Shown here one piece after another: positions 25,426 to 39,379 of a stretch of DNA of 64,000 nucleotides (position 1 is its first letter; each line of letters starts with the position of its first letter). Below the pieces are notes generated by a model, which was not told the origin of the DNA, ran no database searches, and saw nothing but the letters and a program-made list of their open reading frames with translations. Origin of the DNA: Octopus sinensis (taxonomy: Eukaryota); assembly GCF_006345805.1 (NCBI RefSeq), contig NC_042999.1, positions 91,512,001 through 91,576,000 on the forward strand, in the 5' to 3' direction. The position numbers and the translations under genes are program-made.

Positions 25426-26271
25426 TCGTATACACATTACAAATAGAGATACTGGTATTCAGTCGGTAATTTGACATTTACTGATCCAACAATTTGCGAC
25501 TGCTTACAATTCTTAATCATGCAAAGATATTAGCTAACGGTGGAATACATCACACATACAGCATTTGGCAGAGAAATACATCACGCATCACATATCTCAC
25601 AGTGTAATACATCATAGGTAATTGTCAATCTGCGGAATGATTTACCGAATAAATTTTACATAAATCCAAATATGTTATCGGAGAAAAAAAAAAACATACT
25701 CGCTATTGGCATTTAACAGAGAACAACTATAAGAATATGTCATGGTATGATTGAATATGTAGCAAATTGTATTTTGAGATTAGATGATTGGGGAAAAGGA
25801 AAAGAAACAAGAATTAAACTGAGAACACTTGAAAATGTTCTCTAAAAGTGATTTACAACATTATTTATAGATGTAAATGAATAAGTATGTAATCAATATA
25901 ATACATTTAATTAAAACCAGTGTGTAAACTTCAAACGTTAAGATATTTCAAAGTCTCTTTTGAAGCTGTCCAAAAGTTTTAAAAATGGTGAAATCACTAG
26001 ACTTAGAAATATTAGAGTTGTTTAGTGGAGATAACCGTATAAATGACTGAATCATTAATAGCTTCACTCTAAAATTCTGATGGGGTTCTTCGTGAGTTTC
26101 ACCCTTCCTGGGTTAATATAAAGAAAATACGAAAGTCAGTGTTTAAATAGGTTTTTAAATTAAGACAGTTTGAATTGATTATCTGACTTTTATTCCTACC
26201 AGAAAAGTAGTCTCATGTAAAGCCAACGAGTAAATATTTAGTTATACTTGACTGTATTCAATTCTAAAAAT

Positions 26272-26503
26272 ATTTGTTTACTACCCACAAGGGGCTAAAG
26301 ACATAAGGGACAAACAAGGACAGACAAACGGATTAAGTCGATTATATCGACACCAGTGCGTAACTGGTACTTCATTTATCGACCCCGAAAGGATGAAAAG
26401 AAAAGTCGACCATGGCGGAATTTGAACTCACAACGTAGCGGCAGACGAAATACGGCTACGCATTTCGCCCGGCGTGCTAACGTTTCTGCCAGCTCACCGC
26501 CTT
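26272..26503 (-). mobile_element. tRNA-derived SINE family A, near full length
   Basis: Multi-copy family match. Confidence 0.85.
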
Positions 26504-28834
26504 CTTCAATTCTAAATAACGTGTGCTTTCTTTATAAAAGTCGTGTGCAATATCCGTCTGTGAACTTTTCAACCTTTATTTTCTCTTCATATGCAAATGA
26601 AGATTAAAAGCTGTCTGGAGTCTTAATTTAGTGCAGTTCTTATAACCAAATTCCTAAGCTTTTCAGAAAATTTAAATTTTAGAATTTATTACAAGGTGTG
26701 GATGGGTGCTTGATATGAAATTTTAACCAAAAGATATAAATCCTGTATTTAATTTTCACTGCAATACAAGCTAATATTTCATTTGGATACTGTTTACGCA
26801 ATGTTATGAAATTTTTACGGCTCCAGAAAATGTGAAGATTGGCAATAATAGCAGATTGTTGGATTAATCTTCTTGCACTATTAAAATTATTCTACCTATA
26901 TTTAGAATCGAAACCGCTTGAATCAACTTTATGAAGTATTAGTGACTGCCTGTAGCTACTTGCGTTTCCTGTGGGCTCTCCATGGTTTTGTAAGGTCCTG
27001 AAAATGTGTATGTCGTGTAACATCTAAGATTTACAAGAAATATTTTAGTATATTACTTATTGGCTTTTGTAAAACTTTCGCAAATTTTCGTTGCTTAACT
27101 GCTTTCCAGTGTCGCGATTTAAAGGTTCGTCGTCTGGTCTTTTGTAGTGATTAGTTGAGTTGATAAACGAAAATATGTTTCATTGGCTGCGTGTTGTAGT
27201 CGCTGAACAACACCTGCTAACATTTAACAGATGCTTTTATTATCGTATATAGAGACAAACTGTGTTGGCTTTTAGAAATAAGAACAGCAATAATTACATA
27301 ATGGGAAAGAGATTGCTTGGTGTTTATGGCAAGCTATTGATACGGCAACATGTGGCTTGTCCAACATAGCTGGAAATAATCGTGCTGTATTCATGGCGAC
27401 AGAGGTTCGTGTCATCTATCTGTGCCATCTGTCTTATTGTCTTCCTGGATCGTCTGGCTGATAAAAATGCGCGCCCAAAAGTTTTTATAGGAAACCGGAC
27501 GTTTAATTGTAGGTTGTTTGAAAAAATCTGTCCACGATATCACGTTATGCAGATTGGTCAGTTAGAAGATCGATCATGTGAAACTGTGGTGGTTTGGTCA
27601 TCATGTCTGATCGCATATCCAGGTCATCGATCCTTCTTACATCAGTTTGTGTGATAAAGACAACTGCATTAGATGCAATAAACATTAAACAGAGATGGTT
27701 GTATATGTAATTCAAGATTCATATTTATTTTGATATGTTGCCTTACATATTATTTGGAGTATATTTTAGTTTGTATAACATGACATATTTGTGTGAGTGT
27801 GTGCGTGTACATGTGCATGTACGTGTGTGCATGAGTGTGTGTGTGTAAGTGTGTTAAAGTCTATTTCCACATATATTTATAAATTAAAAATATATCTGGT
27901 GCAAATACATAATTTAACATATCGATATAAAATGTGTTACACCACAAAATATTCTTCAGTTGTTACACATGTTTTAACAAATAATTAAACTTCCATGCAG
28001 AAAATCCGTTTCTCTTCGCCTTTATTATTCAACCGGTATTGTCTCTTGCCATTTTTTTTGTCAGATTTTGTTTCGAATAATTTTGATCCGATGATATATG
28101 AATTTTACACTGTTAATTTTAACATTATTCAATCTTGTGACTACATGATGAGTGAAATTAAAAATGCATTATTTGCTTCCTTACAGTAAATACGCTCATA
28201 TTATACATCAACATGTAGCTATGTAGCTTTTTAGAGACTAAGCATTGGCAAAATTCATTGTATATGAACATACATATGAATATGCATACATATCTACTTG
28301 CAGTCGTGCATGCATTCATACATATATCATGCATATAAGACTACCCTGTTGTCTATATTCCATCTTATAACATACATAATTGTAATGGTAGGGTGGGCTG
28401 TTTTGGATAAAATGAAAAGGGTGCAAGAGTATTAGTGTGAGAGAAATGAGGTGGCATAGGGAGAATGATTGATATCAGGGAAAGGGAGAACAGATTTGTG
28501 TAAGCGACAAATATGGAATAGCAGTGGGATGGTAACGTTAATATAGCTGTCATTTAGGGACACACACGCGCGCGCTTTCAATCATTTTACAAAGCCAAGT
28601 CATAATAGAGAGGGGATAACTATTGAAAACAGTGTGTGTGTGTGTAGGGGGGAGTTCGACTGTCTGTCTGTATGTATGTATGTGTGTCACACGCTGTCAC
28701 CTTTAAGGAAACGAATGATTTAGATCAACGATTTACTCTATTAACATATATACCCTTATGACATTACGCACATGGATGGAAGTGACTTAATCATATTTGT
28801 GATTAAACCAAACTCATTCTTTTTTCTGATCCCT

Positions 28835-28868
<34 letters not shown>

Positions 28869-28999
28869 ACTCACACACACATCTTTCATATCACGCTCTT
28901 TCTCGCTTCGCAATCTCTGACTATCTCTCTCTCTTTCTCTCTCCACACACGTCTTTCACATCACACGTTTTCTCACTGAGAGTTTCGTGTTAGCACTTA

Positions 29000-29297
29000 G
29001 GGTTACAATTTTGAATTAGAATAAGGATTACGTTTAAGCAGAAACTGAAAAGGGGACTCAAAAGATTTGAAGTTGTGTACAGATTTTTACAGAACTGAGG
29101 TTGCATATGTTTAGAATTTGGATATCAAACAAAAATATATTAAATGAAGAAAAAAAAGGTCTACAAAGTATTCTTAGTCCGAAATTTTGCGGAGTGTTTT
29201 TTCGAAAATATTTATTATAAGTTAGATAAAGAGCTTTGCAATGTTACTGTTAATTCTTTGAATCATTAACTCGGGCAACGCCGGGTATTTCAGCTAG
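29000..29297 (+). mobile_element. Helitron-like 3' end (5' boundary uncertain)
   Basis: Hairpin ACTCGGGCAACGCCGGGT (29269-29286) then CTAG|T (29294-29298). Confidence 0.55.
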
Positions 29298-29985
29298 TAT
29301 AGTATATTTTTAGACGAGAACATTACTATTTATCCATTGGTGAGAAATTCGAATCCTCTGTTGTAATCCCCTGTCGGACTATTATAAAGCGCACTCCGGT
29401 AGAGCAGTATACTTAGACAAGACCAGGACTATCTATGACCGTCTACTTCGGTACACTCTCCTATACTGCGACTGACTGACAGTATTGATAACGACCAGCA
29501 CATATCACTCCTCACGTGCGAGGGGTGTTCTATTATTACTATTGCAATAACAATAACGAAGAACGAACATACATATACTCCCTTACTTGGCTTACACAAG
29601 ATGAGCAAAAACTGGAATCCTTCGTATTTTTTATAATATTATCGACCTACACCTAAACTTTTCCTATCAAATTCGCTACTTGAGCAAGGTTATATATATT
29701 ATATGAAAAGTCAGGATGCATAATGTCGTCTTGCAGGAATAGCCGCTAGGATATCGACAGGCTGAAGTCGGACCAGAATATTTGAGCCTACCGGGTGTAA
29801 CACTGTCACCATCAATGGCTCCAGTTTCACTACCACCGTTATTCCCAATATGTTCTTTTTTCATTGTCACTCAGGTTGCGCAACTACCAGTGTTTTTATT
29901 GTGATACCATCACTAGATTAATCAGCTCATGAGGAGGGGGAGGAGGAAGCTCCACCAGTTTCCTTTTATTATTATTATCATTATT

Positions 29986-32900
29986 CTATGTTTCACTTTT
30001 GCTTTATAGTTGTACAAGTTGGCTCCAAGTCTCACCCAGAGACCTCAAGAGACAACAGGTTGGAAGTATACGTTGTTGTTGTGCCTAGTGTGCCATATAT
30101 TTGGGGTTTTTGGTGTTGTACTAGTGAATGTCTAATAAATAAATAAAAAAAAAATTAAAATAAAATAAATAAATAAATTAAAAATTGCTTGTTTTAAACC
30201 TTGAGATTACATAGAAAGTATTTTGCGTAGGATATGAGCAGTTCCCATGAGCACTATCTTTTGAATTTCTGCCATTTTGGGGTTTCCTGATATCTGAGTT
30301 AGGTAGCAATTAGCCCCTTTCGCTATCATTCCCAGGGCACCTATGACAACAGGTATTGTTTTAGTCTTCAGGTTCCACATTTTGCTGATTTCTATTTCTA
30401 TTTCAAGCACTGGAGGTGGTTTGTATTCCCACCAGTTTTTTTTCATGGGGCAAATCTAGGTTTTTGCAAATTACCCAGTGAATATATTGTGCAGCTCTAT
30501 CATGCCTGTTGAGATACTCTGTAGGCGCTAGAAGACTGCACTTGGAGACAACATGATCAATGGTTTCATTTTGTTGTTGACATACACGACATGTTGGGCT
30601 ACTGCCATTCTTTAATATGTTGGCCTGGTAGTTTCTAGTTGGTAGGTATTGATCTTGAGCTGCTATGATAAACCCCTCTGTTTCAGATTTTAAGTCAGAG
30701 GCCATTAGCCCTTGATGGGTTAGGGCTTTGTCAATATCTGCATTATTCGCTCTCTTTGGGTATTTGCTATAGAAAGGTTTTTCTTGCCATTTATCATTCA
30801 GAATATCTAAGGCCGCAGTTTTAGCACGGGTTTCCATGCGCTTAGCTTTTTCTGTGCTTGTTTCTTGTATATCTATCTCTAATTCCGAAATTTGTTGTAT
30901 TCGGAATTCACTTAGATATTCCTTTGCCTGTTTTGTTACTGAGTATGATGCTTTCTTGTTTTCATGTTTTGAGACAAGTTTTAACATCCAGTCCTCAGAC
31001 TTTTTCAGGTAGGTGTCTAGGCCAATTGTAGCAATCTTCATTGTTATTGCCAGTTGTAAAACAACAACGGACTCCCTCTTTTCTTGGCAGATAAAGTCGT
31101 TCTGTATCTGCCTTAGGGTGGTGCATTCTATGCATAGTCAACAATTTTCGTATTTTTCTGTCGAGCTGACATATTTCAGTAATTGACCAGTTAACGATAT
31201 TGAAACTGTAAGTCACGACTGGTATGGTTAATGCATTGATCGCTTCGATCCTGTTTCTCGCATTCAGCTGTCTTGAGTATTGCTCTCACTCTTCCATAGC
31301 ATTCTCTCCTGATCCTTTCCTTCATCTCTGAATGCCTTATTCCGTCCCCTTCAATTACCCCTAGGTACTTGTAGCTCTCCGCTGGGTCTAATTCTTTTAT
31401 GACATTCTGCTGGTCAAGGTTAACATTGGATGTTTCTGTCATTTTTCCTTTGATAAAGGTAGCTTTTGCACATTTATCGAGGCCAAATTGCATTCTGATG
31501 TCGTCACTGGATTGTTTGACTATCGCTAGTAAGCCCTTGAGTTGTTGGTCATTTTTTGCAAAGAGCTTTAAATCATCCATGTAAATGAGATGATTTATAT
31601 TTTTATCAAACATTTTATATCCGTACTGCGCGTCATTGAGCAGTTTTGAGAGAGGTATTAAGGCTAAACAAAAGAGGAGTGGTGATAGTGAGTCACCCTG
31701 GAAAATGCCACATGAAATTTTTACATCACCAGCATTTAGAGATTCATTTTCACTGTTCAAAGTTAGTGTGGTTCTCCATGATCTCATACTTACAGTCAAA
31801 AGGTTTCGCAGAGTAGGTGCTATCTTATACATTTCCAGGCATTTCTTAATCCAGCTATGTGGTAGGCTATCAAAAGCCTTTTTATAGTCTATCCAGGCTA
31901 TTGATAAGTTTTTGTGTCGTTTGTGACAATCTTCTAAGATCATTTTATTGATGAGTAGTTGATCTTTACAACCGTAGGATCCACGTTTACATCCTTTCTG
32001 TTCATTAGGGAATATGCTGCTGTCTGTTAAAAAACTATAAGTATATTCCGTCAGGACAGATGTTAGCGTTTTATACATAGTTGTTAAGCAGGTTATGGGT
32101 CTATAGTTTTTTGGTTCATTTGTTTCTTCACTTTTTGGAAGCAGGAATGTTAACCCATTAACTAGCCAAGGAGGCATCCTACTAGGGTATTGCAAAACAT
32201 CATTGTAAATTTCTGTTAGCAGTTCATGGCTCTCTGGGAAGGCATTCAACCAGAAGTTAGGAATTTTATCCTTTCCTGGAGACTTCCATTTGCTTGACCT
32301 CCTGAGAGCAGATCTTATATCTTCTACCTTGACACTCTCCCACTTTTGCTCTTGTAAGGAGTCCAATTATGTAGATATTCTATCAATCCAGGGGGCCTTT
32401 TCGTTGTGTGTCTTTTCTTCTGCTCAAATTTTATTCCAAAATCCCTGCCCTTCTTCTTTTGATGATACAGACTTTACAGTAACTGCTGTTTTTCCTATCT
32501 TCCTGTAAAAATTTGTGGGGTTATTTCTAAACATGTTGTTGTCCTTGAAAAATCTAACACGCTTTTCATACCTCGCTATGCGGGCAGATTTAGCAGATAC
32601 CTTTTGCTTGATGGTTTCTATGGTGGCATCAATATCAAATATAGTTTTCATATTATATTTTTTTCATTAATTATTGGGTTTTTGTAGGTTTGGTAGTCTT
32701 GTGAACCTTAAGTTTTTTCAAATAGTCAATGTTAGATCTAAATAGTTTAATTTTTTGTTGCAGACGCTCTTGCCAAGAAGGATTTTTGTGGGAATGTTTT
32801 CTAATCTTTACACCTCATAGGACCGTTGAGATTTTCGCGGATGCATAGTATAGGTGGTTGAGATCTGTGATATCAATATCATTAGCTGAAATTATATCCT

Positions 32901-33928
32901 TAAGTGCAAGCCGGATTTTACTAATTATTTTCATGTTTTGGTTAGAGTTGCGGATTTTAGGGAGTGTATCGCGTTCATCCATGTTGGTTTCCTAAATTTT
33001 CAGCTAGAGCTGAATCTGATTTGATTTTTTAGCTTATGTAGTTCTGTTGGGTCAATATTTGTGTGACTTTCTTTATCTATTTGATGTTCATCTGTCTTAG
33101 TGTTTATGATTGGTTCAGGGAGTATTTCACTTTATCTATCACTTATACTAACTCTTTCAATCCTTACTTCGATTTTATCAGCCCTGGGCTGGTCTATAAT
33201 TATTTCCTCTGTATTATCTTCTCTAGCTGCAGCTTCGTTCATTTTATCCGTTACTGCTTGTCTAATTTGATCAATCTCTACTTCAGTCAGTAATTCTTTT
33301 TTTATAATGTTTCTTCTGACGTTGGCAAGTTTGTTACTGTCTATGTAGGGTCTTGCTTCAGGGTGTTTCTGTCTCCAGTTTAAGTATGTTTGTACAGTGC
33401 TCGATTTATCTGTGGGGAAATATATGGCATGGTAGAAGGCCGCAAGAACTTCTTTATTATCTTCCCAAGACCATTTTTCCTTCTTTTTCTTTTGATTATT
33501 TGGTGACGAACATGGATGGCCATCTGTTGGAATATTCCGGTTGTGGGGTACGTCCAGCTCCTGTGTGTTGGGAAGATTTGATCCAGTAGCTGAATTTTTC
33601 AATCAGAATTTGGTTCAATTTTTGGGTACGTGGTCTTTTGTAATCCGCGCGATGACCATTGCGGTTTGTAATTTGTTTTGTTGACATTGAAGAATGACGA
33701 GCTTCGACTCTTACATTAGGAGACGGATCTGTCAGTTTAGGGTTCTCTGCACGTAAACATTGCTCGTAGCGCAGCTTCTTAAGGCTAACAGATCTGTATT
33801 CGTCTGTAATTCTTTTGTTGATAGATTTATCTCCGAACATAGTTTTCTTTTTAAACTTATGAAAGGTTCACTCTGCCTGTATTAGTTCGAAAAGATGAGA
33901 ATAAAATACGGAAGAAAAGGATCTGTCA

Positions 33929-33929
<1 letters not shown>
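29986..33929 (-). mobile_element. Near full-length R4/Dong-like RLE non-LTR retrotransposon, frameshifted, inserted in (TAA)n
   Basis: ORF pieces carry RT motifs (NYRPITCL, FQGDSLSPLLF, YMDDLKLFAK), CCHC knuckle (CRVC..ETIDHVVSKC) and RHD..IHW; (TTA)n arrays at 29966-29985 and 33930-33982. Confidence 0.92.
31191..32366 (-). pseudogene. Reverse transcriptase domain segment of the Dong-like LINE (391-aa open piece)
   Basis: ORF track; contains the RT core motifs; flanking segments are out of frame. Confidence 0.9.
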
Positions 33930-33971
<42 letters not shown>

Positions 33972-34134
33972 TATTATTATTATATGATATCACTGATACT
34001 ATGGCTTTTATATGCAGTAGCAGCAGAGGTTGCAGCGTCAGCAACAGTAGCGTGGGTGGGAGTAGTGGTAAGAGTGGTAGTTGGGCCTCAGATACCTGTG
34101 CTATCATAAAAGTAGTAGTTGTAGTGTTAATTTA

Positions 34135-34184
<50 letters not shown>

Positions 34185-34900
34185 TGGGGTGGTGATCTGG
34201 CAGAATCGTTAGCACCCCCCCCCCCAAATGGATCCCCTTGTAGCAAAATTTGAAACCCTTATTATTATTATTTTTACTATTATTATGAGAGAGCAGTGCA
34301 TGCCATCAAAATGACACTGGGGAACAAATATACGAAACCCAGTATTACCCATCATGATTAGCAACATTTCGTTCATCTTTACGTTCTGAGTTCAAATTCC
34401 GCCGAGGTTGATTTGCCCTTCATCCTTTCAGTGCCAATAAAATAAGTACCATTTGAACGGGGATCGATGTGATCGACTTATCCCCCCCCCAAAAAAAATG
34501 GATGCCCTTGTGGCAAAATTTGAAACCCTTATTATTATTATTTTTACTATTATTATGAGAGAGCAGTGAATGTCATCAAAATGACACTGGGGTACAAATA
34601 TACGAAGCCCAGTATTACCCATCATGATTAATCGTCTGATAAGGGTACACGAGGCGCATGCATCACCACCATATGTGCGCGACATGGTGATCTCATTTCA
34701 TTATTACTATTACCGAGGCGGCGAGCTCAGTGAATCGTTAGCACGCCGGGCAAAATACTTTGAGGTATTTCATGTCTGCGCGTTCTGAGTTTAAATTCCA
34801 CCGAGTTTGCCTTTCATCCTTTCGGAGTTGATAAATTAAGTACGAGTGAAGCACTGGGATCGATATAATCTACTTACTCCCTCCCCTGAAGCTGCTGGCT
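34185..34900 (+). mobile_element. Two SINE family A copies (34185-34530, 34715-34900) with an intervening TAA-tailed retroelement 3' end on the minus strand (~34555-34700)
   Basis: Family A head GGTGATCTGGCAGAATCGTTAGCAC / GGCGGCGAGCTCAGTGAATCGTTAGCACG and B-box-like motifs. Confidence 0.7.
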
Positions 34901-35714
34901 TTATTGTTATTACTGTATTTATTTTACATTATATCAGCACAGTTCTATCCATCCCCCACATAATGTTATTGACAGTTGGTATCATTAAGCTGCAGCAGGC
35001 GTAATACAATAGCAGCTTTTATATTCATATTCAAAACGTTGCCCGTAAACGCACCAAAAGGATGTGTGACGGTTTCTGTGTCTATACGTATATATGCAGG
35101 AATTTGTATGTGGTGTGTATGTATACCTTTAGAACGTTGATATAAACGGATCGAAAAATATGTAAATAAATCTTTATTAAAGGTATGTCTCGAAGCAATA
35201 AGCTATACCTAATAGCTTAAATACATTAAACCAATTTGGATAACGTTGTATGTTCATTTCTGTTATGGATATACTTTATTTAAAAGCACAACTAACATCG
35301 GAGAGAGGCAAAAATGGAACCTGAAGTGGCTTGTGAGAACGTCAGACATGCTACTTCCTCGTTGAGCACTGTTAATAGTGTGTACTCACAGCCAACGGAA
35401 CACTTTGGCAAAATTTGTCGACATCGATACACACGAAAATAATGAATAAACAGGGACTGGGGTTGTGAATACCTGCCCGGCAGAATAAATATATGATATA
35501 TGTAATAGTAGCATCATTAGATTAAAATGATCATCTACATATCATACATAATTAAAATATATTGTGAAAGGCAAATTTGTTCTCAATACGTATGTATGTA
35601 TGTATGTGTGTTGGTATATATAGATGTATCTATGCATCTCCCTCTCATTTTCTATATGCATGTCTGTGTGATTGTGTTTTTGTGTGTGTGTGTATGTGTT
35701 TGTGTGTGTGTGTG

Positions 35715-35784
<70 letters not shown>

Positions 35785-36238
35785 TTTTATAGAGACTATA
35801 TTAACCTCATAAAGTGATGATTACATCCGAGAAAACTCTTGTTCTATACCAAATATATTTTTGGGAAATAAGATTTCCCTAAATCAGTAGGTAAATATTA
35901 TGCGTATAATCCGTATTCGCTTAATAGCAGAAAACAAAATGGAAAGTTAAAAGTTAATTATTTTTTAATAGAATGGTACCTCATACTTCCTACAGCTGTT
36001 TCAATGAAATAAATTACAAATTTATAGTTTAAATTTGCATTTACAAGGTATAACACAATATCATCAGGGCAAAAGATACACGGTAAAAGTTTACATGTTG
36101 ACATGAAGGTTCATACTAGCAGACTAAGTATATGGAGTTATTTTATTTTTTATTTATGTGTGTGAGTGAGAGATAACGGATTGATTTTAATATAATAGGA
36201 AATCAAGTAAAATAAGTAATAAGATAGAATAAATTAAT

Positions 36239-36988
36239 GGGAGGGCTGCAATCAGAAAACCACTACTTTCAAAAACAAGCGTTGGAAAGCGTTTAGAGTA
36301 GAGTAAAAACCTACAGAATTGGTCCCCAGAGCAGTGGAAGAATGTTATTTTCTCGGACGAGTCATTCTTTACCTTATTTCTGACCATAGGCCGAGTATAC
36401 GTGTGGAGGCAGGCAAAAGAAGTATTTGACCCAGACTGCCTTCTTCCAACTGTTAAAAATTGGGGAGGATCTGTGATGATCTGGTGGGGGGCTATATCTT
36501 GGAAATTCGCCGACGCAATGGTTTCCCTTCATGGCAGAATTAACAGTCAAGACTATTTAAGCATCTTATCTGATCAAATTCATCCTATGGTTGCGGAATT
36601 GTTCCCCGAGGGAAATTCAATTTCAAGATGAGAGTGCATGAATTCACACAGCTTAAGTTGTTACTGAATAGCACAAGGAACATTCTAGTGAAGTTGAGCA
36701 TCTTACCGGGCCAGCAGAGTCCCCAGATCTCAATATTGTTGAAAATTTATGGTGCATTTTAGTGAAAAAAAAGTAAGGAGTTGATACCTTCTACCATCAT
36801 CAGTACAAGAACTGGAGACTGTTTTAGCTGAAGAACAGGAAAAATTCCTTTGGAAACAATTCAAAGTTTGTACGAGTCCATGCTTCATATAATTCAAGCT
36901 GTTATTACAGCCAAAGGCCGTCCTACCCCGTACTTAAATAAATTTGTTTGAAATTTTAAGGTGTTCCCATTATTTTGTTCAACCCCTG
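36239..36988 (+). mobile_element. Tc1-like transposon relic with 3' TIR
   Basis: RAAIRKPLL..QWKNVIFSDES..PTVKNWGGSVMIW..SPDLNIVENLW; TIR ..ATTATTTTGTTCAACCCCTG. Confidence 0.85.
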
Positions 36989-37001
36989 CATATAAATAAA
37001 A

Positions 37002-37056
<55 letters not shown>

Positions 37057-37309
37057 ACACACACAAATGCGTTCTTACATGCACAGACTTACACGCTATT
37101 ATTTAAAAGTACGTAGTTATATATATTAAGCGAATATGGATTGTATATATATATATATATATATATGCATACATATATATACATATACATGTCTGTGTAT
37201 ATGTCATATATATATATATATATTACATATATACATATATATGTGTACATATATTATATATATTCGATATATATATATATATATATATGTACACACACAC
37301 ACAACACAA

Positions 37310-37387
<78 letters not shown>

Positions 37388-37675
37388 CTACGTACATTCA
37401 AATATATATAAGTATAGATGCATATCTGTATTATATATATGAATATATATGTGTATGTGTGCATGTTTGTCTCTCTGAGTATGCGTGCACTTCTCTTTGT
37501 TACGTGTGTGTGTGTGTGTATCTGTGTATGCGTGTGCCTGTGCGAGTATGAATTAATAAAATGTTATATAGACTAACTGAATTAGAAATAACTCGAGGCA
37601 TATAGTTAAAATTTATTCTGACTATACCAACCCACACGCGCACTTACACGCACACACACTCTCTTTCTCTTACAT

Positions 37676-37709
<34 letters not shown>

Positions 37710-37759
37710 CTTTACATATGTATATATTCACATATATTCATAGATACATACATACACAC

Positions 37760-37796
37760 TCACACTCATACAATAATAATAGTAATAATAATAATG

Positions 37797-37854
<58 letters not shown>

Positions 37855-37872
37855 TGATGATGTTGATGATGT
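37760..37872 (+). repeat. (AAT)n trinucleotide array within a long TA/CA microsatellite field (37000-38330)
   Basis: Read directly. Confidence 0.95.
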
Positions 37873-38003
37873 AGGAAGTTGCAAACTGAACCAGAAGCTT
37901 CTACAGGCATATTCATTGAAATATATGAATATTTGTTCGCTTCTGTATATATAAGAGCATACATTCATATACACATATGTACAGAAATATACATGTATAT
38001 ATA

Positions 38004-38071
<68 letters not shown>

Positions 38072-38129
38072 GTATATATATATGTATATATGTATATATA
38101 TATATACACACATACATACATACATATAT

Positions 38130-38196
<67 letters not shown>

Positions 38197-38256
38197 CGGT
38201 GCTCCAGCATGGTCACAGTCAAATGAGTGAAACAAGTAAAAGAATAAAAGAATAGA

Positions 38257-38301
<45 letters not shown>

Positions 38302-39134
38302 CATTATACACACACACATATGTATATATGTCATTATTCAGTTTATTTCAATGTCTCTTGCCAATAGAGAAAGAAACGGTTTCTAACCTAGGTTCAAGGC
38401 TCCTCAATTGGAATTTCAACATGTATGTATGTATGTATTTTAGATAGTGGTAGGATATACAATATTTCCAGAGAAGCAGTGAACCCGAACTCTTGGCTAT
38501 CAGCACTATCGGTTTCCAGACTAATGCCGGAATTCTTCAAGTGTAGAAAATTCTGGTTTCACGACAGTCACACCGTAATGTGGATTTGGCGAAGAGTAAG
38601 TTATAACCCAAATAATAAAGGCAAAGAAATACTTCAACACATCGGTAATGATTCGTTGCAGCTGTCCCTGCAGCAACTCTACTTGCAGCGCCAGTTTACA
38701 CAAAAATACGATGTGAAAGTTTACGTAATATTTTCAGTTTTAGACATTATTACGCCCTGAGAAAGTGCCAGACGTTATTACTAGCACTTTCACAGACTTG
38801 TATCAATGATGTGCTCTCAGCTTTTGTGACTTCCAGACATTGTTGTTTTGTTTTGTTTCAGGGTGAAACAAAAAGTAAATATAATTGTGGTAACTAACGT
38901 AGAAATCACGCGGTGTGGTGGGCGAGACAGATATAGAGGAGAAGGAGGAGAAGGAGGAGGAGGTGGTGGAGGAAGAAGAAGAAGAAGAAGAAGAAGAAGA
39001 AGAAAATAACATTAATAAATTAAGTGGCGTCACATATACCAAATCACTATATCTGAACTAAGGATTTTCATGATATATATAGACACTCACATACACATGC
39101 GTGTGCTCACACACACATATTATTCTAAAAGGTC

Positions 39135-39290
39135 TGCCTGTGTGGTAAGAAATTTTCTTTGCCACAATATGGTTCTGAGTTCAATCCCACTGCGTGGCAC
39201 CTTGGGCAAGTGTTTTCTACCATAGCCCCCGAGCCGATCAAAGCCTTGTGAGTGGATTGGCAGGCTGAAAATGAAAAAGCCTCGTTGCAT
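39135..39290 (+). mobile_element. tRNA-derived SINE family B, 5' part
   Basis: A-box-like TGTGTGGTAAG and B-box-like GAGTTCAATCCC; family match. Confidence 0.8.
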
Positions 39291-39313
39291 ACACACACAC
39301 ACACGCACACACA

Positions 39314-39375
<62 letters not shown>

Positions 39376-39379
39376 GAGC

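Noticed and set aside
22880-27660. Decayed LINE/PLE coding relics at 22.9-23.6, 24.3-26.2 and 27.0-27.7 kb
   Set aside because: Composition is suggestive, but I could not read a diagnostic motif; left unannotated pending an HMM search.
33860-33930. HDV-like ribozyme at the 5' end of the Dong-like LINE
   Set aside because: I looked for one because R2/R4 relatives can carry them, but could not identify the nested double-pseudoknot helices by eye.
34014-34085. CAG-rich polyQ-like coding stretch
   Set aside because: Low-complexity tract between (TTA)n arrays with no gene context.
38472-38595. Possible exon (TTTCCAG ... GA|GTAAGT)
   Set aside because: Splice-like signals, but the translation is unrecognised and unsupported.
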